Under the pieces are notes generated by a model. That model worked only from the letters and a program-made list of their open reading frames with translations, was not told the DNA's origin and made no database searches. A DNA stretch of 43,381 bases from a bacterium (GTDB lineage Bacteria; Zhuqueibacterota; Zhuqueibacteria; Oceanimicrobiales; Oceanimicrobiaceae), in the NCBI GenBank assembly GCA_046757165.1, contig JBHHXT010000023.1, positions 1 through 43,381 on the forward strand. The letters run 5' to 3'. Shown here piece after piece: positions 27,368 through 36,605 of the stretch (within the stretch, counting starts at the first letter, position 1; every line of letters begins with the position of its first letter). The position numbers were made by a program, and so were the translations under genes.

Positions 27368-29788
27368 ATGTTCAGGAACTATCTCAAAATCGCGATCCGA
27401 AATCTCTCGAAACATAAGCTCCGAACGAGCATAAACATGCTGGGATTGTCCGTTGCTGTCGCCTGCTGTATTTTCAGTTTTCTGGTCATACAGGACGAAT
27501 GGCAATACGACCGGCATCACAGCAAGGGTCGCCGTATCTATCGTCTGCTCACGTATTTCACAGAGAATGGTGAATTCGGTGATGTTCATCCAGCGAAAAT
27601 CTTACCGCATTTGCTGAGTGATTATCCGCAAATCGAGGCCGGCGTGCGGTTCTATCCCAATGGCAAGAGTGTTCTGGCAGCAAACGGGCGGAAATTCATT
27701 GAAAGCGGCTTTGTCTTTGCAGATGCCGACGTTTTCGACGTATTCACCCTGCCACTGGTCTCTGGCAATCCCGATAGAGCGTTGCAGAACCCGTTTTCTA
27801 TTCTGCTTACCGAAAGCATGGCGCAGAAGTATTTCCCCTCGCAAAATCCCCTTGGCCAGATGATTCGACTCGACAATGAATACGATTTCACGGTTACCGG
27901 TGTGTTGAAAGACTTGCCTGCGCACTCACATTTCCAATTCGACTTTTTGGCCTCCCTGGCGAGTGTGAAGTCCATAGACAACAACGTTCTTGAGAATTGG
28001 AATTACTGGTTTGCACATATCTATCTTTTACTGCCGGAGAATATAGTCCCCGAAACACTCCATGCCCAGATGGATTTCGGGACGTTTTTGCGCAGACACC
28101 GCGGTGAGCGCTTCGCACAAATGGTTCGATTACAACTGCAGCCTCTCGCCGAAATAAGATTGAACTCCGGGCGCGTCAACAGCGATTTCGCACTGCATGG
28201 CAACCGCGATCTGGTTTACGGTTTCGCGGCGGTCTCACTTTTGCTTCTGCTCATCGCCTGTTTTAACTATGTCAACCTGGCGACAGCCCTGTCTGGCGAG
28301 CGGGCTAAAGAAGTAGGAATGCGGAAAACGCTGGGGGCAAACCGTCAACACCTCATGTTGCAGTTCTTTGGCGAAGCCGCAATTGTTACGTTTTTTTCAG
28401 TCATATTGGCTTTTGTGTTTGTGGAGCTCGCGCTGCTGGGATTGAATGGGCTCGCCGGTAAACAAATCGCATTCGAGCCGGGACCGAACTGGCAAATGTC
28501 ATTCTGTGTTTTATTGCTCGCTTTCATTGTCGCTCTTCTTGCTGGTTGTTACCCGGCTTTCTTTTTATCCCGATTTCAGCCAGTAGAAGCACTGAAGAGT
28601 AAGACAGCCGCCAGGCGCAAGCCCCACTTTCGGCGTGCGCTCGTTATGCTGCAATTTGCCATCTCCTGTGGTTTGATCGTCATGACGCTGCTGGTCGCTC
28701 AACAGTTGAATTTTATCAGGGGGAAATCACTCGGTTTTGAAAAAGATCAGGTTATTGTTGTCCGGAATCCGGCGCATAGCCTCGAACAAGCACAACAACA
28801 GGTCTCTCGAATGAAGAACGCTGTCTTGCAGCATGCACAAGTCAAAGGAGTTGGCAGCGCTTCGGATGTCCCCCCGGATGGCGTGAGCACCTACCAAACC
28901 TTCCGAACGGCCGAACAGCAAGCGGAGCGGGCCAGGCAATTGGGAGTCGTAGCAGTCGATGAGACATTTTTTCAAGTGCTGGGCGCCAAACTCGAAACCA
29001 GCCGCTTTTTTTCCCAAAGAGGCTTTCGGCATTTCCAATCAAGCGACCGTGAATCTTATGACCGGAACGCAGTAATTCTCAACCAGGCAGCCGTCAGACG
29101 ACTCGGACTCGAACTTCCCACAGGCAAACAGCTCATTGCCACCGGCACTGATACTCCACTGAATATCATAGGGGTTGTCGAGGACATTCATTTTTCTTCG
29201 TTGCATCACCCGGTGCCACCCATGATTTTCCGTTTGAACACCGACCGTGCCACCGGGAATATGGCGATAAAAGTTGAACCGGAACAAGTCTCGGCCACGA
29301 TAGCTTTTTTGCGGCAGCAGTGGCAAACGGTAGCGCCCGAATGGCCTTTCCAGTATTATTTTATGGATAGCCGGTTTGCCAGCCTTTACCGCACTGAACA
29401 GCGCACCGGGCAAATCATCCGGCTGTTTACTGTTCTGGCTGTTATGATCTCCTCCCTGGGATTGTTCGGTGTGGTTTCCTTTGCCATTGAGAGTCGAAAA
29501 AAGGAAATCAGTGTGCGCAGAGTTCTTGGCGCTTCAGTGCCGGGAATTATCTCCCTTTTTTCAAGTGACTATGTCAAATGGATACTGCTCGTCAACCTTT
29601 TTTCCGGCCCCTTGGCATGGGTTGCGGTGAGCGAATGGTTGAAACGCTTCGCTTACCGCATCGACATCGGCTGGTGGGTGTTCGCAGTGGCAGGTGGTCT
29701 GGCGCTGCTGATTGCGCTGTTGACAGTGAGTGGGCAGGCGGTGCGGGCTGCGCTGGCGAATCCGGTGGAATCCCTGAGATACGAATAG
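27368..29788 (+). CDS. MacB/FtsX-like ABC transporter permease (duplicated periplasmic + FtsX domains)
   Basis: MFRNYLKIAIRNL, IACFNYVNL..RAKEVGMRK.LGA, QFAIS, LGFEKD, RKKEI.VR.VLGA, ANPVESLRYE. Confidence 0.92.
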   Translation: MFRNYLKIAIRNLSKHKLRTSINMLGLSVAVACCIFSFLVIQDEWQYDRHHSKGRRIYRLLTYFTENGEFGDVHPAKILPHLLSDYPQIEAGVRFYPNGKSVLAANGRKFIESGFVFADADVFDVFTLPLVSGNPDRALQNPFSILLTESMAQKYFPSQNPLGQMIRLDNEYDFTVTGVLKDLPAHSHFQFDFLASLASVKSIDNNVLENWNYWFAHIYLLLPENIVPETLHAQMDFGTFLRRHRGERFAQMVRLQLQPLAEIRLNSGRVNSDFALHGNRDLVYGFAAVSLLLLLIACFNYVNLATALSGERAKEVGMRKTLGANRQHLMLQFFGEAAIVTFFSVILAFVFVELALLGLNGLAGKQIAFEPGPNWQMSFCVLLLAFIVALLAGCYPAFFLSRFQPVEALKSKTAARRKPHFRRALVMLQFAISCGLIVMTLLVAQQLNFIRGKSLGFEKDQVIVVRNPAHSLEQAQQQVSRMKNAVLQHAQVKGVGSASDVPPDGVSTYQTFRTAEQQAERARQLGVVAVDETFFQVLGAKLETSRFFSQRGFRHFQSSDRESYDRNAVILNQAAVRRLGLELPTGKQLIATGTDTPLNIIGVVEDIHFSSLHHPVPPMIFRLNTDRATGNMAIKVEPEQVSATIAFLRQQWQTVAPEWPFQYYFMDSRFASLYRTEQRTGQIIRLFTVLAVMISSLGLFGVVSFAIESRKKEISVRRVLGASVPGIISLFSSDYVKWILLVNLFSGPLAWVAVSEWLKRFAYRIDIGWWVFAVAGGLALLIALLTVSGQAVRAALANPVESLRYE

Positions 29789-29881
29789 CGGCGCAGAGCG
29801 GAGATCCCGATCCGTCGGAATGAAGAGTTTGTAATCGTTTTGGGTGAGTTTTCGGGTTTGATTACAAGGCACCGTCAGCAG

Positions 29882-30571
29882 CTATTCCGGCGTGATCTTG
29901 CCATAAATCCAGGATATCAGATCGTGATAAAATTCAGTGAACGTGACCCGTTCGAACTCGACTCTTAAGGACGGTAACATGTTCAAATTATCGAGGAGAA
30001 AGTGCAATCCTTGTTCTATCTGATACGCCGCAGTGGGCGGGTCCTCGAAAATGGCGTCCTTTTTCGAAGCATCCTGATACACGGCCTCAAATGAACTTAC
30101 TTCAAGCGACTTGAAGAGAAAATAAAAATCCACAAAGTCCTTTGGTTCCGTGCGACTTGCCATTGCGGTTAGCTTGTTGGAAAATATGTTGGAAGTCGAA
30201 TCGATTTGCAGGCTGAGGTTGAGTTCGAATTGATAGCGTGGTCGCGTTTCGTGCATCGACAGGGGATCGATCACAAAATCGACTTTGACGTCGTGGATAA
30301 GGACGGAAAGAAAGGTTTGAGAATCTTTGATCTTGCGATAATCCTGCGGCCAGATGGTTTTGATCGTAAAGTCGACTTCTCCTAAATCAACCTGCTGCGT
30401 GGTGAAAAAATCAAGATCGTTGGAGGTCCTGTGGTGGAGATAAAACACTGCCAATGCGGTGCCACCTGTCAGAAAAAAGCGGCGATCGATAATTTTGGCT
30501 CTTACCAGCTCGAGCAGCACCTCACGTTGTTGTGACGAATCATAGCACGTTTTGTCTTCTTTAGGCTGCAT
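29882..30571 (-). CDS. AbiEii/AbiGii-like nucleotidyltransferase toxin
   Basis: FFLTGGTALA.FYLHHR.S.DLDFF, KVDF, NKL.A..R.EPKDFVD.Y. Confidence 0.82.
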   Translation of the reverse strand: MQPKEDKTCYDSSQQREVLLELVRAKIIDRRFFLTGGTALAVFYLHHRTSNDLDFFTTQQVDLGEVDFTIKTIWPQDYRKIKDSQTFLSVLIHDVKVDFVIDPLSMHETRPRYQFELNLSLQIDSTSNIFSNKLTAMASRTEPKDFVDFYFLFKSLEVSSFEAVYQDASKKDAIFEDPPTAAYQIEQGLHFLLDNLNMLPSLRVEFERVTFTEFYHDLISWIYGKITPE

Positions 30572-30815
30572 GATAGACTTCCAGCAGTCTTTTCCATTTT
30601 CGTTGATTGTATTGACTGAGTTTGAGCTTGTGCAAATTCGAAGCGATTTCTTTCAAGTCAAAAAAGCTGAGGGTGTCGATGACTCTCCCATGCTCGAGAA
30701 AACGGGTCATGGTCCAGTAATAAATCTGGTTGTTCGCATTTTGTTGCAAAAAAGCCCGCAGGTGGGCCTCCTGCTGGAATTGCGGGTAATCCCAAAAAAC
30801 GGCTTGAAGCTTCAT
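30561..30815 (-). CDS. Small partner / putative antitoxin (FWDY, DUF6922-like)
   Basis: VFWDY..RFLEHG..; 11-nt overlap with the toxin gene; start may instead be the TTG at 30842. Confidence 0.65.
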   Translation of the reverse strand: MKLQAVFWDYPQFQQEAHLRAFLQQNANNQIYYWTMTRFLEHGRVIDTLSFFDLKEIASNLHKLKLSQYNQRKWKRLLEVYHAA

Positions 30816-30894
30816 GGTTCCTATGGGGTTCGATACTTGCAATATTGCAATATAAGCTTATTTGGGGTTTGAGACAAACCATTTTTCAGAAACT

Positions 30895-31100
30895 GCTATC
30901 GGTACGAACACCATCGCCTGGCCGGCGGCGTGGCTCGCGATGAACAAGTGGCTGGTAAGTTTCGCCTATCTCACCGACATGGGCTGGTGGATTTTCGCAC
31001 TGGCCGGGGGCTGGCGCTGCTCATCGTCCTGCTGACCATGAGCACGCAGGCGGTGCGTGCGGCGGTGGCGAATCCGGTCGAAGCGCTACGATACGAGTAG
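30895..31100 (+). pseudogene. Isolated 3'-terminal copy of an ABC permease gene
   Basis: NTIAWPAAWLAMNKWLVSFAYLTDMGWWIFALAG, then a -1 frameshift in a G5 run, then LALLIVLLTMSTQAVRAAVANPVEALRYE*; paralogous to about 29590-29788. Confidence 0.88.
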
Positions 31101-31136
31101 CGCGGAGGTCCGGCTTTTGACGGATGGATTTTCTGA

Positions 31137-32408
31137 TTACATTAAGAAGAATGGAACAAACAATGTTTTGTCATGCTGATACAGATAGTCTTTGGTCACG
31201 ACAATTGTTTGTGCCGGTTGGTACTTGTTTACAAATTGCAGCAATCCTCTCGGAAGGGTTGGCGAATCAAAATATTGGTATTTCACCTCGATGGGGAGGT
31301 CGTTTAGAATGAAGTCTACCTCATTCTTGTTCAAATTTCGCCAGAAGTGAAGTCGGTCGGTAGCGGTTATCTTCGAATAAAGCTGCTGAAAGACAAAGTT
31401 TTCAACCAGCGCTCCAGAATCGGCGCGGCGATCGAGAGGGTTGAAATTCAATAGCAGAGAATTAATTTGACCGGTGTCCATGAAGTATAGTTTTGGCATT
31501 TTTACCACTTCACGCTTCACATTTGTAAAATAGGGGGTTAACAATTTTATGATGAAGGTGTTTTCCAGCAAGAAAATGTGTTTTTCAAGGGTCAAACGAT
31601 TTATTCTTATTTGTTTGCTCAGTTCATTCAGGTTCAATAAATTTCCAACCCTTCCTGCGAGCAAAATCATGAGTCGGTTGTACGCGGCAACATTTTCAAT
31701 ATGCGCGAAATCCTTAATGTCCTTTCTGACGTAGGTTTGCACAATCTCTTGTAATAAACCAATTTTGAACTTTTCTTCCGTCTCTTTCACTACGGCCGGG
31801 TAACCTCCAAAAATAATGAGCTCCTCTGCCAACTCTTGCAACTTTTGTCTCACCAGTTCAAAACCGGTTCGATCAAATGAGCGACTCGTTTTGTCAAAGG
31901 TATTTTCTCTATACCAGTGAAGGAGTTTATGCTCTTCATTAAATATGAGATACTCTTCAAAATTGAGCGTTTGCAGATGAAAGATCTGTTTTCGTCCGGT
32001 AAGACGATCGGTAAACGTCTTTCGGATTTCGAGTGCGGAGGAACCGGAGACTATTAATTGGATATTCTTCTCATGATCGGCAAGCAATTTCAAGAAATTG
32101 GCTGGGTTTTGGTGGTACTGAATCTCATCGATGAAAACGTAGGCGCTCTTAGAGAGATCCACCCCTTGCAGAGTCAAATGGCGCTTGAAAAAATCGATGT
32201 CACGACTGCACATTTCCAGATTGCGAAAATCTTCGAGATCTAAATAGAAGATTTGCTTCTTATCCACGCCTTTTGATTTGAGCTGATCGGCTACAAGCTC
32301 CAGCAGTACCGTTTTGCCCACCTGGCGTCCTCCTACGATAACAATGATTGGCACTTTGCCAATCCATGCCATAATATCAGGTAGAATCTTTCTGGGATAG
32401 TAGATCAT
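31137..32408 (-). CDS. AAA_14 ATPase with DUF4143
   Basis: GGRQVGKT, FIDEIQY, SGSS, DRLTGR, FGGYP, KLYFMDTG, GALVEN, EVDF..PIEVK; AT-rich. Confidence 0.9.
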   Translation of the reverse strand: MIYYPRKILPDIMAWIGKVPIIVIVGGRQVGKTVLLELVADQLKSKGVDKKQIFYLDLEDFRNLEMCSRDIDFFKRHLTLQGVDLSKSAYVFIDEIQYHQNPANFLKLLADHEKNIQLIVSGSSALEIRKTFTDRLTGRKQIFHLQTLNFEEYLIFNEEHKLLHWYRENTFDKTSRSFDRTGFELVRQKLQELAEELIIFGGYPAVVKETEEKFKIGLLQEIVQTYVRKDIKDFAHIENVAAYNRLMILLAGRVGNLLNLNELSKQIRINRLTLEKHIFLLENTFIIKLLTPYFTNVKREVVKMPKLYFMDTGQINSLLLNFNPLDRRADSGALVENFVFQQLYSKITATDRLHFWRNLNKNEVDFILNDLPIEVKYQYFDSPTLPRGLLQFVNKYQPAQTIVVTKDYLYQHDKTLFVPFFLM

Positions 32409-32463
32409 ATCAAAATAACTGAGTTGTTTTGATCAAAAATACATAAAAAAACCTAATTGTCAA
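32409..32463 (-). promoter_or_regulatory. Promoter and operator-like palindrome for the second AAA gene
   Basis: Minus strand TTGACA (32463-32458), 16 nt, TATTTT; ATCAAAATAAC-tga-GTTGTTTTGAT (32409-32433, one mismatch) abuts the ATG. Confidence 0.45.
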
Positions 32464-32632
32464 GAGAATAATATTCAAAATGCTCTCGAGGCAATGCCTC
32501 GTTTTCCTCCTTATCTGTCCCTTGGAACTAATTGGAACTTACCGTTGAAAGGGGTAACGGATAGCTCAAGAATGTGAAATCTGCCACGTTTTAACAACGA
32601 ATAATGTGAAGAGCTGCCGTTTTTTCTTTTGC

Positions 32633-33355
32633 TTATTGAGGAGCAAGGCTCTGCGGCATCCCAAAGCACCAGGCTATCCAGCGTCCATGGTGCGATAAAC
32701 TCAGGTCAATTTCACAGCGGTGATTGTCCAGAAGAATGTGTGGCGGCTCTGACTTGCCGTCTCTTTCCGGGCGGATGATCTGCAGCCGGTTGGATGCCAC
32801 GTTCAGCTTCTCTGCCAGGGCTTTCTTGCTGAGAAAACGCACATAGGCTGATTCGGCCCGGTGGACGGACTCTTGTTCTTTTTCTGAGAACATCTGCTGC
32901 CAGACTTTCTTATCCTGCCAACACGCAAGCTCATTCTGCGTAACGCGGACAGTCTTTGAGAAGAGAATGTAGTCGCCCCTCTTCCCGCAGGTGACAAATG
33001 TACCTACCGCGTGAACGTACTTCTGGTGGTTCTCGAAGTCGAATTGATACTGCGTGTCCGCGTAGGCGACCCAGACAGCGGAGCGGTCCTCTTCAAACCA
33101 TGACTCTTCTTTCTCGAAAGAGGCTTCGAACTTCTGATGTGAAAAAACCGGCGGGCCAAAACGCTTGGACACGATTTTGTATGCGCTCTCTTTCGCGGCC
33201 CAGAGTATCCAGAGAGCGAGGTCAGAATTGGGTGCGGCGTGAATCATCTTGCGCTCTTTCTCCGTGAAGACGCGGGTCACAAAGCGGGTGTGCCGCGATT
33301 TCCCGCGGATTCCGGCTTCGTTCAAATCGACAATATCATTGCCTACCAGAAGCAA
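32633..33355 (-). CDS. 4'-phosphopantetheinyl transferase family protein
   Basis: VGNDIVD, RVFT..E, WAAKESAYK, SLSHHG. Confidence 0.82.
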   Translation of the reverse strand: MLLVGNDIVDLNEAGIRGKSRHTRFVTRVFTEKERKMIHAAPNSDLALWILWAAKESAYKIVSKRFGPPVFSHQKFEASFEKEESWFEEDRSAVWVAYADTQYQFDFENHQKYVHAVGTFVTCGKRGDYILFSKTVRVTQNELACWQDKKVWQQMFSEKEQESVHRAESAYVRFLSKKALAEKLNVASNRLQIIRPERDGKSEPPHILLDNHRCEIDLSLSHHGRWIAWCFGMPQSLAPQ

Positions 33356-33376
33356 AATGCGCAGTCTCCGAAAGCG

Positions 33377-33868
33377 TCAAAGGCTGAGTAGATCTGCCTT
33401 ATGGCTGACCGTATCATAGATAACAAACGTTGTCTTCCCGGTCAACCCACCCATGATTTCTCCGGGATTGATCACCAGTGTGCTGCCTTGCCGTGAAATC
33501 TCAACCTGATGATTATGGCCAAAACAGACGACATCATAGGCCGCCGATTTTGCCAACGCCCTTCCGATAGCGTCGAAATGGTTGATGGCAAGGCGTTTGC
33601 TATCTAACTTCAGCTCGCAGAATTCGCCGTGCAGCGTCAGATGGTCATACCCTGCGGCCTTTGTCGTGATGCGAAACGGGTCGCCGTCGTTGTTGCCAAA
33701 GACCACGTGAATATCGCCGCTGGTGAAACCCTTGCCGAGCTCGTCCACGATGAACGGTGAGCACAAGTCACCGCAACAGATCAGAACTTGCGCGCTTTGC
33801 AATCTTTTCAAAGCACTTCTGAGATTGCTGATGTGGTCGTGAATGTCAGAAAGGATACCAATTTTCAT
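33377..33868 (-). CDS. YfcE/MJ0936-family metallophosphoesterase
   Basis: SDIHD, CGD, FGNNDG, FGHNH, INPG; SD AGGAGG before ATG 33868. Confidence 0.88.
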   Translation of the reverse strand: MKIGILSDIHDHISNLRSALKRLQSAQVLICCGDLCSPFIVDELGKGFTSGDIHVVFGNNDGDPFRITTKAAGYDHLTLHGEFCELKLDSKRLAINHFDAIGRALAKSAAYDVVCFGHNHQVEISRQGSTLVINPGEIMGGLTGKTTFVIYDTVSHKADLLSL

Positions 33869-33898
33869 GTCGCCTCCTTGTGATTCTCTCATCTAAAC

Positions 33899-33925
33899 CT
33901 TGCGAAGGTTCGAAACCTTCGCAAG
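33899..33925. repeat. REP-like hairpin
   Basis: CTTGCGAAGGTT-cga-AACCTTCGCAAG, perfect 12-bp arms. Confidence 0.65.
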
Positions 33926-33941
33926 ATTGCTCGGCCAGTCA

Positions 33942-35135
33942 CTAAGCCTGATGCAACGCATGCAGCGCCACCCTGGCGGCCTGTGCCAATACCGCCGAGC
34001 CGACAAAGATGCTTTCCTCTGCCGCATAGAAGCCTGGTGAGTGCGCCGGGATCACCGTACCGCCCGGCTCCCGCGCCCCAACCCGGATGAAACAGCCCGG
34101 GATTTTTTCCATGTAGACCGCAAAATCCTCCCCTCCCATATTCGCATATCCCAGAGGGACAAGGGCGGCTTCGCCAAGGAGGGTCGCCACGGCTTGCCGG
34201 ACCCAGCTCACTGGCTCGGGTGGGTTGACGATGGGTGGCGTGCCGGCGGCAAGGTTTATCTCTGCCTGAAGGTGATAGGCGTCTGCCTGGGTCTTTACGA
34301 TGCGCTCGACTTCTTGCTGCAAACGATCGCGTGTTTCGGCGTTCACTGCGCGGATGGTGCCGGTAAGCTCCGCCTGCGCCGGAATGATGTTCGGAGCGCT
34401 GCCAGCATGGACGGAGCCGACCGTGACCACACCCGCGTGTGCAGGATTCAGCCGGCGGGACACAATGGTTTGCAGCGCGGTGATCACCGCCGCGGCCCCG
34501 ACCACGGGATCGACGGCTTCGTGAGGCCGGGCCCCGTGCGCCCCCTGACCGCGCAAAACAATCTCGAAGGTATCGGAAGATGCCGCCAGCGGCCCTTCCT
34601 GAGCCACCACCTGCCCAACTGAGAAACGACGGTCCACATGGGCGCCGAAGATGGCCGTGACGCCGTCCAACACCCCGGCCTCGAGCATGACTCTTGCGCC
34701 CCGGCCGACCTCTTCTGCCGGCTGCAGCAGGATGCGCACATCCCCGGGAGCAGGATTCTCACTCAGCAGGCAGGCCGCACCGACCGCCCAGCTCGCGTGC
34801 ACATCGTGGCCACACGCATGCATCACGCCGGCAGTTTGCGACGCGAACGCAAGTCCGGTGGCCTCCTGAATCGGCAGGGCGTCGATATCGCCACGAATGG
34901 CCACCACCGGTGCCTTCGGATCCTTGCCTTTGATTTGCGCCATGACGCCGGTGCCCGCGACTTTGCTCAGCTCTTTGGGTTGAAGCCTGGCAAGCGCCTC
35001 ATACAGCTTCTGCGAGGTGCGATGTTCCTCAAACGAGAGCTCAGGGTGCCGATGCAGGTCTCGGCGCAGCGCGATGAGCCTTTCTTGCAGCTTCTGCGAG
35101 AATTGTTGTCTGACTGAGTCGAGTTTATTGGACAT
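33942..35135 (-). CDS. M20D amidohydrolase (hippurate hydrolase / IAA-amino acid hydrolase-like)
   Basis: RR.LH.HPELSFEE, RGDIDALP, MHACGHDVH, QPAEE, GAHGARPH, GGEDF, HSP.F. Confidence 0.92.
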   Translation of the reverse strand: MSNKLDSVRQQFSQKLQERLIALRRDLHRHPELSFEEHRTSQKLYEALARLQPKELSKVAGTGVMAQIKGKDPKAPVVAIRGDIDALPIQEATGLAFASQTAGVMHACGHDVHASWAVGAACLLSENPAPGDVRILLQPAEEVGRGARVMLEAGVLDGVTAIFGAHVDRRFSVGQVVAQEGPLAASSDTFEIVLRGQGAHGARPHEAVDPVVGAAAVITALQTIVSRRLNPAHAGVVTVGSVHAGSAPNIIPAQAELTGTIRAVNAETRDRLQQEVERIVKTQADAYHLQAEINLAAGTPPIVNPPEPVSWVRQAVATLLGEAALVPLGYANMGGEDFAVYMEKIPGCFIRVGAREPGGTVIPAHSPGFYAAEESIFVGSAVLAQAARVALHALHQA

Positions 35136-35210
35136 GCTTCGGTAACCGGTTATGTTTTGATCTGTTTGATTTGCTCTAGTCAGTTGACGCTGCGTGTAAT
35201 TTTTTTCGTT

Positions 35211-36287
35211 TCATTTCTCACGTTTCACAGTTGACAAAGGGGGAGGCATGTGTCCGAGAGCCAGGGGCCTGGAATTGAGCGTGTGCCAAAACAAGATCTT
35301 CTTCTGGCGAAATCGTGACCTCTTTGCCAGCTCCACAAGCGCTGCAAATGCCTTGCTGGTGTAGGTCGCGTCTAACGCAATTCCCTCCTGCTCTTCCATC
35401 GATCGTGCGTGCTTCTGAGCTAACGGCAAGGGTTTGCCATACCCTTTGCCGAAATAGTCATGCTCAATTCGATAGTTTTGTTTGGGGGAGAGAGCGATAC
35501 CATGCTGTTGCAACAGTTTTGTGGTGCGGCGCACCAGACGGCCAAGGGTGAAGGCATTTGCCACCACTTGATTAACCACACGCACGGCAATCAATGTCGT
35601 CGGCCAGCCTATCAAGTTGAGTCCCACAGAGAGACCGGCAGCCGTCCCTCCGCTGCCCAACGGACAGACGATAACATCCGGCACGGGAAGCTCCTCCTGG
35701 TCGCACTGCTGTTTCAGCTCGAGAATCGCGTTGACAAATGCGAGCGCAGTGGTCGGCGAGGTGCCGCCGGGCGGGGTCAGGAACACTCGCGTCTGTCTTC
35801 GGGCGCTGGCCAGCTTGGCCCAAAGGAGAAACGGGAAGGTGAACAGAGAGCGCGCGCAGTAAATATGGGCTGCCAGTTGACGGGTCATCTCCAGATTCTT
35901 TTTCTTGATGTCATCCATCGGATAGGGCAGGAAAAACACCTCCGACTCAAAGCCCTGCTGTCTGGCGTAGATAGTGCACGCCAGCGGCCAGTTGGAGCCA
36001 AGTGCACTATAGCTCGCGACGACCCGGGCCTGCTGCTCCTTCGCCTGCGCCAGGACGAACTCCAGCGTGCGCACCTTGTTGCCGCCGTAGAGTTTGCCGC
36101 TCAGGTCGTCCCGTTTCAGCCACAGGCCTTTGACGCCGAGCGTCTTTTCGAAACTGGAAAGCCGGGAAACAGGTGTTGCGAAATCGCCGAGCGGGGTCCA
36201 CGGGATGGTTGTCGCAAGGGACGGGTAGTGGTGAAACAACAAAGGGGCTCGCTCGTTTCTGCTCAGGGCCAAACTATCGCGACTCAT
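35211..36287 (-). CDS. D-cysteine desulfhydrase / ACC deaminase family PLP enzyme
   Basis: LKRDD..YGGNKVR, GSN, PPGG, GSGGT.AGL, LD.TYTSK, LFWHT; start uncertain (36287 or 36332). Confidence 0.82.
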   Translation of the reverse strand: MSRDSLALSRNERAPLLFHHYPSLATTIPWTPLGDFATPVSRLSSFEKTLGVKGLWLKRDDLSGKLYGGNKVRTLEFVLAQAKEQQARVVASYSALGSNWPLACTIYARQQGFESEVFFLPYPMDDIKKKNLEMTRQLAAHIYCARSLFTFPFLLWAKLASARRQTRVFLTPPGGTSPTTALAFVNAILELKQQCDQEELPVPDVIVCPLGSGGTAAGLSVGLNLIGWPTTLIAVRVVNQVVANAFTLGRLVRRTTKLLQQHGIALSPKQNYRIEHDYFGKGYGKPLPLAQKHARSMEEQEGIALDATYTSKAFAALVELAKRSRFRQKKILFWHTLNSRPLALGHMPPPLSTVKREK

Positions 36288-36392
36288 GCGTCTGTGGGGT
36301 ATCTGAAAGTCAGAAAGAAAGTTATTTCGCAATGCGGAAATCCTCTACCTCAACTTCATCCCATCCGTGCCACGAACGGTGGGCCTCAAATA

Positions 36393-36560
36393 GGGGCTGT
36401 CCAAAAAGGTTCCTCGTGCCTGTCATTTCGAGCGAAGCGAGAAATCTGTTAGTGCAAGGACTGTGATGTAAGTAGTCGGTTTCGTGAGTCCTACGATTGT
36501 TGTCTCGTCAGATTCCTCCCTTCGGTCGGAATGACATTTCTGGTCTTTTTGGACAGCCCC
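36393..36560. mobile_element. 168-bp MITE with perfect 16-bp TIRs and an internal TGTCATT..AATGACA palindrome
   Basis: GGGGCTGTCCAAAAAG ... CTTTTTGGACAGCCCC; inside, TGTCATTTCGAGCGAAGCGAGAAATCT ... AGATTCCTCCCTTCGGTCGGAATGACA. Confidence 0.8.
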
Positions 36561-36605
36561 CAGGATCGGTGCTAGAGCCTAAAATACAGCCAACTCTGCG
36601 AAACA

